Below are positions 54,039 to 64,000 of a stretch of 64,000 bases of DNA, piece by piece; the stretch's first letter is position 1; each line of letters starts with the position of its first letter. The stretch is from positions 47,554,001-47,618,000 of the forward strand of contig OZ024751.1 of NCBI GenBank assembly GCA_964016885.1, read 5' to 3'. The notes under the pieces are model-generated. The model searched no databases. It was not told the origin of the DNA and saw only the letters and a program-made list of their open reading frames with translations. The translations under genes were made by a program, and so were the position numbers. Source of the DNA: Eledone cirrhosa (Eukaryota).

Positions 54039-54450
54039 GGAGGTGAGTTTTATTGTAGTACAATAAAGCAATGCAGATATCGGATAAGAAGCACTCTACA
54101 GTTTGTGGGACTGGAGTATGCATAATATAAGATCAAAAGATGGTTAAAGGAGTTCCATATATTTTATTATGCGCATTTCAAAAACAAACATCATCATGCA
54201 ATAATATTTGTGTTTTCATCAGATAAAACAGGAGAACATGATATGAAGGCTAAAAAACACTTGTGGATAGTGCAGTTTTAAATCAATATGTTGATTTAAA
54301 ACTGCACCATCCACAAGTGTTTTTTAGCCTTCATATCATGTTCTCCTGTTTTATCTGATGAAAACACAAATATTATTGCATGATGATGTTTGTTTTTGAA
54401 ATGCGCATAATAAAATATATGGAACTCCTTTAACCATCTTTTGATCTTAT
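54036..54450. mobile_element. Second intact fold-back family D element, with hammerheads at 54343-54424 (+) and ~54153-54234 (-)
   Basis: Same tail, same fold-back centre (AATCAA-TATG-TTGATT), CTGATGA at 54355, GAAA at 54398; flanks differ from the 51893 copy. Confidence 0.9.
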
Positions 54451-54468
54451 ATATATATTTATATATAT

Positions 54469-54555
<87 letters not shown>

Positions 54556-54575
54556 AAAGGTAAACATAACCAACA

Positions 54576-54612
<37 letters not shown>

Positions 54613-54634
54613 AAAGGTAAACATAACCAACAAC

Positions 54635-54694
<60 letters not shown>

Positions 54695-54755
54695 CGTTTC
54701 TGAATTTGTTTAGCAAGATTCTTTATCTGAAAACGTGTGTTGAAACCGATATTGC

Positions 54756-54832
54756 TATACTTTGGGAGGGTCATGTTGCCAATAAGAAAGGTGCGTGTGT
54801 TTCTTATTGGCAACATGACCCTCCCAAAGTAT
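54756..54832. repeat. Fold-back family G hairpin
   Basis: TATACTTTGGGAGGGTCATGTTGCCAATAAGAAA / TTTCTTATTGGCAACATGACCCTCCCAAAGTATA; the same sequence terminates the PLE remnant at 60638. Confidence 0.85.
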
Positions 54833-54836
54833 AACA

Positions 54837-54909
<73 letters not shown>

Positions 54910-55100
54910 CATTAAGGCAAGTTACTACATTGGTGACATACCAGGTACGTACGATTCGTTAGACCTGAGGCTCTACCTTACATATTCAACCTGTGCCGAT
55001 GAAAGTTAACCGGAAAACCAGGTTGAATAAGATGGTCCTCAGATCTAACGAAACGTACGTACCTGGAATGGTGCCGTTGGAGTAACTATCCTTAATCATT
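54910..55100. mobile_element. Diverged fold-back family C with hammerhead 3' half
   Basis: Imperfect inverted repeat. The right arm has CGAAAC-GTAC-GTA (palindromic ACGTACGT helix III), with CCGATGA near the centre. Confidence 0.55.
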
Positions 55101-55180
55101 ATATTCAAACATGCCCTGCGGACTTGAGGTGCCTCTATACCTTAGATATCTTTAGCAACCTATTACTATTATATATATAC

Positions 55181-55371
55181 AGGGCGGTGAATTGGCAGTA
55201 TCGGTAGAGGGCCGGACGTGATGCTTTCCAGAATAGTTACGTCCCTTTGCGGTCTGAGTTCAAATCCCGCCGAGGTTAACTTTGCCTTTCATCCTTACGG
55301 GGTCGATAAAATAAAGTACCAGTAATGTACTGGGTATTTGCTGGCCTTGTGCCAAAAGTAGAAACAATTAT
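55181..55371 (+). mobile_element. Apparently full-length tRNA-derived SINE
   Basis: GGGCGGTGAATTGGCAGTATCGG (A box), GAGTTCAAATCC (B box), complete body. Confidence 0.9.
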
Positions 55372-55469
55372 ATATATATATATACTGTTTTACTCTTTTA
55401 CTCTTTTACCTGTTCCAGAGATCTAGCTGAGACCATGCTGGGGCACCACCCTTGTTGTTATACATTTTA

Positions 55470-55700
55470 TCTCCAGCTAGTGTTAGTTGGCCATTGGTGT
55501 AAGAGGGAGTTCGTTGCTGCTGGCCTTAAGTTTCCCTCGCGCCGTGCTGTGGGCACATCCGGGATCCTGGATAGCAGGTTTCTTGAAAACATCCACGTCC
55601 ACACCAGGCCTTTGAACCACAGGTTATTGCAATATTTGCTCCTTATTCTAGATGTGGAAGGCGGATCCTTCGGCACTACACAATGACGTCCTGTTCGGGG
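55470..55700 (-). mobile_element. 3' fragment of a CR1/L2-group LINE
   Basis: ...LLSRIPDVP...PAATNSLLHQ resembles the FL..IPD.P...AA.SNSL..Q C-terminus of invertebrate CR1-like RT ORFs. Confidence 0.5.
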
Positions 55701-55914
55701 GTTGGTCCAGCTCTCAATGCCATATAAACAATAATAGGGGGTGCAGTAGATTCTGATGAGCCAATCGGGTCTACAGCATTAATATAGAAACAGTCATACT
55801 ATAATCAATAAAGATTTTAATGTGTTTCTACTCTCTCTCTCTCTCTCGCCCCCTCTCTCTCTCTCTCCCCTCTCTCGCCCCCTCTCCCTCTCTCCTCCCA
55901 CTCTCTCTCTCTCT

Positions 55915-55977
<63 letters not shown>

Positions 55978-56104
55978 ATATATATATTATTTATATATAT
56001 ATTATATACATATATATATTATATATATATATATATTATTTATATATATATATTATATATATTATATACATATATATATAATATACATATATTATATATA
56101 TATA

Positions 56105-56262
56105 GAGGAAAAAGTTAACCCCGACGGCAGAGCTCAAGCCGTCGAAACGGCTTGAGCTCTTCCGTCGGGGTTAACCTTTTTCCTATTACCCACTCCACTA
56201 CCCTAAGTATTGAGTACTCTGGTGCGTTATGGTCCATCTGGTTCTTTACCACATTTCCTTTG

Positions 56263-56265
<3 letters not shown>
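56105..56265. mobile_element. Fold-back family B copy (opposite orientation)
   Basis: AGGAAAAAGTTAACCCCGACGGCAGAGCTCAAGCCGT-CGAA-ACGGCTTGAGCTCTTCCGTCGGGGTTAACCTTTTTCCT plus tail. Confidence 0.82.
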
Positions 56266-56334
<69 letters not shown>

Positions 56335-56425
56335 TATACATATATATATATATATATATTGGGACACGGGTATACAATACCTAACTCCTATTAACCTAAG
56401 TATATATATATATATGTATATATAA

Positions 56426-56526
<101 letters not shown>

Positions 56527-56681
56527 TATATGGTTCTGTGAATAAGAAATTTACTCTGATACCGCATAGGGGCGGAAGCGGTCGTAATTTGGACAAATGG
56601 CTTTTACTAAAGTCTAGAGTTGACCTATGCTCTGTGCGTTTCGTATATGGAAAGACCTTCGTGTATATATATATAAATGTC

Positions 56682-56712
<31 letters not shown>

Positions 56713-56919
56713 CTCTCTCTCTCCATATATATATATGGTGGGTTATATGTTGCTTAGTCATTACAATGAAACACAAATGGCGTGGTTGCAAATAATACGA
56801 CACCCTTTTAAATATTTAATGCAAGTATATAATTTTACGCGAATAATCTACGCATTACTTAGGGAATATATTTTAATCTCACAACAGTTATTATATATAT
56901 ATATATATATAGCGAGAGG

Positions 56920-56990
<71 letters not shown>

Positions 56991-57105
56991 ACGCTTAAGC
57001 CTCTCTACCAAACGTATAGATGTTTTCTTAACTTATCTAAACATATATATATATATTTGTCCTTCACACTTTTTCCATTTTCGTACTTCTTTCAATCTCT
57101 ATATT

Positions 57106-57143
<38 letters not shown>

Positions 57144-57149
57144 ACTCTA

Positions 57150-57219
<70 letters not shown>

Positions 57220-57633
57220 TCTATCTCACGCATTCTCTCTGTTTCTCCCTTTCACTGGTTCCCTCGTTGTCTAACAACATTTTCCCACCAACATCTCTTC
57301 CTTTCAATTCTAAAATTGAATCTTAAAAGGTGCAGATATATTTAATATCATTACTAAATGGCACATATAATTTCCCGTGTACACCATGTCTTTTCACTCA
57401 CATGTGTATAGAAAAGATTATGAAGTAAATTGCGTGGTATCCATGTAGTGTTATACGATTTAAGCCATTAATCAAAAGCAGACGAGAGGTGTTTAAGATG
57501 CCGGCTGCCCTGCTAATATTATGTTTGCAATATGCCATGGAAAAATTACGAAAACCAACAGTCGAAGAGATAAAAACCATTACACATTCACACATACGTT
57601 CATGAAAGGAAACACAGACAAACACACTTACAA

Positions 57634-57668
<35 letters not shown>

Positions 57669-57725
57669 AACACACAATTCTCACAACCCTCACACACAAA
57701 AATAACAACACCACCGGAAATACCC

Positions 57726-57762
<37 letters not shown>

Positions 57763-57778
57763 TGCCAATACATACATA

Positions 57779-57848
<70 letters not shown>

Positions 57849-57867
57849 GTATATATATACATATATA

Positions 57868-57929
<62 letters not shown>

Positions 57930-57997
57930 AATACATACATAATTTATGTATATATATATATATATATATTCATATATATGCTAATACATACATAATT

Positions 57998-58079
<82 letters not shown>

Positions 58080-58202
58080 ATGAGTGAGAAAAGTTTTTAA
58101 TAAACATTCCGGATTTCTGCAATTCAAAAACGCAGACGATCTGAGTTCCAAGAGAGACTCACGACGGAAACACACGGTAGAAATAAAAATCCGCTTTTGG
58201 TA

Positions 58203-59379
58203 TCTATACATATATATAAAACTGTAGTTGTCTCTGTGTGTGTGTGTGTCCTCATTTTTGCAAAGTCTATACAAATCCACATTTCTACTCCGATTGACTT
58301 CAAACTTGTATTTATATATTCCTTGCGGTCTAAAAATATTAACTGCAGCTTTTATTTTTCAATTTTCTGTTGTTAAAAGGGTGTTAGGCACCGGTTATCC
58401 ATCTCCGTCGCGCCCTTATAATATCTATCTGTATGCCTGGCTGTCTGCATTACGACATTCTGACAAATATTGATGACGTATTATGTTCGCTATTTTCCGT
58501 TCATTGCCAGGAAACGTCTTCACGAACCAAAGTATTGTTTCCTGTTTTCCTTCGGTTGCAACGTTTTTCGAAATATTTACTTCTGCGTTCACAGATTGAT
58601 TTTTTTTCGTTTCAGAAGATCCCGTTAAGGGTGAAAGCAGCGATTATTTGCTTAAACTTTAATCTGTTATTTTAATATATAATATAAGCGAGGCAAGCCA
58701 GCCCTGTTGCACTTCTTGCCAATAAACATTAACCCTTTGTGCGCCATTCATCTAACTGTAGACCAACAAATACCAACTAAACGGAGCATTGACAAGAACG
58801 ATGACAAATGAATCTTCGATGTAAGCAGTTTCCTCCCGAGCTGTTAGTTTACGCGGGATTCTCTGCTACACCTTTTCGTAATAATACCGAACAACGTACT
58901 GCTGGTCACTCCTTCCTCCAAAAGCCGTACAAAGCGGACATGTGCATCAGGCAGATGGATCGGGTGCAAATCTACACCAGGCCTACGCGAGAAATTCGCG
59001 AGGGACTGCACCGAGAGGGATAGAGAGAAAGAGTAACTTAGTGGAAAGTATGCGAATGAACTTTTCAGGTAAGTAGCCTACGCCTTACTGCTATGACACT
59101 GGAACCTTCTGCCAACTTAACCTGTGACTTTCTCTTTCACATTTACTCCAATAGGCCAAAACAGAGGAGTATGAAAAGAAGGGGCTCAACAATATTTCTA
59201 TGAACAATGCACGTAGACAGCTAAACTGTATTTTCAACTTCTTAATTTTCTCCAAATAAAACAAGTTTCCTGTCGGTATATTTTCGTGAGTTTTTAACAG
59301 GCACTCACAAATGAACGTTTCTTATTGGAGGTGCTATTACCAATGTTCTTACCCGTGCAACGCCGGGATACACTGCTAG
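58203..59379 (+). mobile_element. Non-autonomous Helitron (~1.18 kb)
   Basis: A|TC 5' end (TCTATACATATATATAAAACTGTAG then (TG)n); 3' hairpin CCCGTGCAACGCCGGG (59352-59367); CTAG|T end at 59376-59380; no TSD. Confidence 0.8.
58591..58667 (+). ncRNA. Hammerhead-like fold, family J (core CAGAAGA)
   Basis: Helix I ACAGATT..GTTT / AAAC..AATCTGT; CAGAAGA; T-CCC-GTTAA-GGG-T; GAAA; helix III GCA/TGC; CTT triplet. Confidence 0.5.
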
Positions 59380-60340
59380 TTGTGAAATAAATGTGTAGAA
59401 TTTTGAAATTTGAATTTGAGGATGCAAAAATTAATACCATCTATAGTCCTAGATTTTCTTGATATTATATTTTAAATCCCTTGCAGTTGGATATATAATT
59501 GGATATTTAAACCTACAAAAACCCGAAAAAGAACATTTAATATAGAAATGAACTAAAAGATGTCAGCTGTCAATTCCTTGTATGTATCTAAAATATAGCT
59601 ACGATGCTATTTTCATTAGTACATGCACGAAAAGCAATTTCCAAGAAGCATTCAACGCTTTTTAATTAAAAGATTATTGATTTATATGGACAAAATACAC
59701 GTTTTTATGTGTGTATGTGTGTGTAAGTGTATGTGTTCGTGTGTGTGTATGTAAATACGCAACATAGCCGAATGATTAAGTGTTTGTTATGCAATCATTA
59801 GGTTTCGATCTCACTGTGTGACATCTTCGGTAAGTGTCACTTATCAGATCCCGGAATTAGCGCATGTTTGGTTGTGGATTCTGGGAAGAGGGAAAATGTT
59901 TGGAAGCCGATCCGATTTACTGTAATTGTAATTTAAATGACCAGCAGTTTTTTTCAAATGCTGAATCTACCTGAGAATTAAGTTAAGGATATATGTCTCT
60001 GTAATGCCCAGCCACTTACATACTGAATTCCCTAGCAACTGGAGTGCTCATTGACGAAACTAATGGAAGCACATTCCATGTATATATATTATTGGAGGCA
60101 CATTCCATGTATATATATATTATTCAAAAGGACACACAGTAACATGTGTAAAATATATTCAAGACCAGCACAAATTAAAATGAAACTTTGAAAAGCTTCT
60201 CATAGCGAAACCGGTTATTACAAAGACTTTTAGATAATTTATATATACAGACATTTATTTCTACCTATATTTGAAAGAAAAAGAATTATAATTTATTTTG
60301 TATAACTAACTTCTTTTCATTGTGTACAGTAAATTTTCAC

Positions 60341-60382
<42 letters not shown>

Positions 60383-60406
60383 TTATATATGTATGTATAT
60401 ATATAT

Positions 60407-60490
<84 letters not shown>

Positions 60491-60637
60491 GGTGAATCTT
60501 CAGATCATCATATATTATTTCCGATATATATATATATATACAGATACATATATATATATATATATACACATATATACATATATATATATATACACATATA
60601 TACAGATATATATTACATATATACATACATATATATG

Positions 60638-61528
60638 CTTTGGGAGGGTCATATTGCCAATATGCACGCACCAATTGCTTTCACTCCAATTTATTATAAA
60701 TTAAATTTATAAATTTAAGAATTTATAAATTTCCGGTTGGTTGGTTGGTTCCACAACCAGACGATTGTTCATATATTGTCAAAGTTCTTTCGTCACACAT
60801 TCTGTGACCTCTTCAGTGACTGGGGATTCTTTTCTTTGTTTTTGTGCCTCTCCTTTGTTCTGTCCTACGCCATCTTGTTTTTGTGTGTGTTGTGTGCTTA
60901 GTTTGCGCATGTGTTACATCCGGGTGTCTATGTGTGTTTATATTTGTTTATTTATTTAGATGTTACTGGTTGGTTGTTTGTTCTATGTGTGTGTGTGTTT
61001 TCATTTTGTCCTTAATTGTAAGTTGTGATGTTGCTATTCCATTCACGTTTTCTATTTAATTTTGGTTGGAGTTCATTTATGTTTATTGCCTCTGTGATTT
61101 GTTTAAACATTGCGTCTTTTCTGTGTGTAGATTCTATTTTTATTTCTATGTTCTCTAATTTACCCTTATGTTCTATTTTAGTATGTTGGTAGAGTACAGA
61201 TGATTCTTTTCTATCTTGAAGCTCTCGCCAGTGTTCATTTAACCGTTCTCCTATACTACGAGCTGTCTCAGCTATGTACATTATATTCTTATCTCTACAT
61301 TGCCCTTCAGTACATCTTATGCTGTATACTACATTTCTAGTTTTACAGTTAATATGGGGGCTTAGTTTATAGATTATAGATTTCTTATCTATACAGGGAG
61401 GTCTTTGAAAAGGGTATGTATTGCTAATAAGTATTTTTATGGAGGTACCTGGTCTTTCTACTATCTTAATATTGAGTTTGTTTATCCAGGGCCCTTCTAA
61501 ATTTGTAAGCTAATTCACCTCTAGGGGT

Positions 61529-61530
<2 letters not shown>
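60638..61530 (-). mobile_element. 5'-truncated PLE remnant of a second clade (GIY-YIG C-terminus + 3'UTR) between (TA)n tracts
   Basis: KIVERPG.SIK..., NCKTRNVVYSIRC...C....MYIAETARSIGERLNEH, SVLYQH...H, EAINI...P.LNRKREW (ORF track 61012-61281). Confidence 0.8.
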
Positions 61531-61606
<76 letters not shown>

Positions 61607-61626
61607 ATATATATTAATCATCGAAT

Positions 61627-61729
<103 letters not shown>

Positions 61730-62231
61730 AAGAAAGTAAGAAAACAGAGGTAATTACATAAATTTGAAATTATATAATGTTTTAAAATTAGTTTTTCGTT
61801 TCGTTTCGCTAATATTTCGAGATTTTCTATCAGCATTTGATATCTACACGACAAACAGCTAAGTTGATGTTGTCCTATATGTCTTCATTAATGTTTAACT
61901 GCCAGAAATGTTTTAAGAAAACATCAAACACATCGAATGAATAAATAATTTTAACGAAGCTAACAATACTCTTGATAACAATATCGATAATATTAATTGT
62001 TCAGTAAATCATGCATACACATACATACTTACCCTTACACACATATATATATAAACACACACACACACGCATACACATATATACATATACATACACACAC
62101 ACATATATATATATGCATATATATGTGTGTGTATATATATATATTCTTCCAATTATTCTACGAATTCCAGTACACTCGCGCTCCAAACAAGATATTCTAG
62201 ATAACGTTTTATATATATATATATATATATA

Positions 62232-62644
62232 TGGTGGCTGCCAACTCGTTTTCGAGTACGGCCACTACTTTATATCCATGTAGGAGAACCCCCTACCGAT
62301 GCGCTGAACAAGTGTGACTTTTTAGTCCAGCCAGTGACTTGAAAACTCTGGTACAAACACTACACCTGTGACAATTATTGACACATAGTGCTGGGCCCAT
62401 GGTACCATGTGACGACAAGTGCAGAGATATCTCCAGATATAAAGCAATGCCTGTGCCGTGAAGCTTTTATAGTGAGCAAAGGCACTGCAAGAAGGCAGTC
62501 CCACTCTCTTAACCAAGATGATATTTACCAAAAAGAAGAACAAGTCAACATCATTGGATACCATCAGGGTTGCAGGTGTTATATCAGAGTTTTCCTTCTC
62601 TTAGAATTCTGCCTTGATAAAGGCTAAGGGGTCATCTCTCCCGG
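62232..62644 (-). mobile_element. 5'-truncated copy of the (ATGT)-tailed non-autonomous element
   Basis: Reverse complement of ~12546-12960. Confidence 0.85.
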
Positions 62645-62913
62645 ATATATATATACACACATACATACATATATATATATACACACATACATACATATAC
62701 ATATACATACACACATACATACATATATATACATATACACACATACATACATATATATATATATGCACACATACATACATATAAATATATATACACACAT
62801 ACATACATATAAATATATATACACACATACATACATATAAATATATATACACACATACATACATATAAATATATATACACACATACATATATATATATAT
62901 ACACACACATACA

Positions 62914-62949
<36 letters not shown>

Positions 62950-63319
62950 CAGTCCCTCAGTGAAATAAAAACCCAACCAGGAACTGGGCATATCAGAGTA
63001 CAGAGTATTGACAAACCGCAACAAAAATGGGGAAAATGAAAACCACACGTAAAAACACAAAACACACAAGCTACGAACTGTATAGAAATGGAAGAAAAAA
63101 TATTACAAATTAATATTAGATGTAGTTAAGTGACGAGGATATTCATTCTCTTACTCGAGTTAGAGTAATATATTCATTGTCTTAAAGGAGCCGTGTTTCT
63201 GTTTGATGAATATTTTCATTTCTAGTGTTTCAAACATAATTAGATGGAGAATTAATTTACAGAAGAAGAAAGCAATTATTGTTTTCGGTGTATGACATTA
63301 AATGTTGTTTTTATATATA

Positions 63320-63408
<89 letters not shown>

Positions 63409-63410
63409 TA

Positions 63411-63455
<45 letters not shown>

Positions 63456-63582
63456 TTACATACATATATTTTCACATATCTATATTATTCTGCCCCCTCT
63501 CTCTCTGTATCTGTCACTCTCTCTCTCTCTCCCTGTATTTCCTTCGGTTGCAACGTTTTTCGAAATATTTACTTCTGCGTTC

Positions 63583-63659
63583 ACAGATTGATTTTTTTTA
63601 GTTTCAGAAGATCCCATTAAGGGTGAAAGCAACGATTCTTTGCTTAAACTTTAATCTGT
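63583..63659 (+). ncRNA. Hammerhead-like fold, family J (a further inverted partial copy at 63944-64000)
   Basis: Same fold as 58591, with helix III GCAA/TTGC and helix II loop ATTAA. Confidence 0.5.
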
Positions 63660-63754
63660 TATTTTAATAAATATTTGCTATATATTTGATATATATTTAT
63701 CCTTATCGAGCCCTCTTTGGATTTTAGTCTTCAAATTTATTATTATTACTTTTA

Positions 63755-63787
<33 letters not shown>

Positions 63788-64000
63788 AAAAAATTCAGGA
63801 GCACGACGGCTAAGCTCCCGTTGTTTCAATATATTACCAATTCTACTACCCCAAGTATTGAGAACTCCGTTGAGTAATGGTCTAACTGGTTTTTACCGCC
63901 TCCACTCTGATATATATATATATATATATGTCTATATATTTATTAAAATAACAGATTAAAGTTTAAGCAAAGAATCGTTGCTTTCATCCTTAACAGAATC

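Noticed and set aside
59066-59075. Strong splice donor CAGGTAAGT
   Set aside because: It lies on the plus strand inside the Helitron, with no recognisable coding exon upstream.

Overview
This is animal (eukaryotic) genomic DNA, very AT-rich and dense in microsatellites. The SINE families and (TA)n/(CA)n load suggest a coleoid cephalopod, probably an octopod; that is inference. Only one host coding exon is visible: the first coding exon (TM1-TM3) of a rhodopsin-class peptide GPCR on the minus strand at 4040-4517. The rest is intron/intergenic DNA full of retroelements. These include (1) a 4.8-kb Naiad-type Penelope-like element (PLE) arranged as a 1.8-kb inverted repeat in (TA)n; (2) a near full-length R4/Dong-clade RLE retrotransposon plus a truncated copy in (TAA)n; (3) five 5'-truncated copies of a second RLE family stacked in (TATG)n; (4) a non-autonomous Helitron; (5) many tRNA-derived SINEs, LINE remnants and two minisatellites. 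The most striking pattern is a set of short, non-coding fold-back (palindromic) elements from several unrelated families, embedded in (TA)n tracts. Several carry a complete or variant type I hammerhead ribozyme fold, some in both arms, and copies within a family share their fold-back point and 3' end. They look like miniature non-autonomous versions of the large Naiad insertion. Almost all other ORFs in the track are microsatellite artefacts. All ribozyme calls were folded by eye and are untested.
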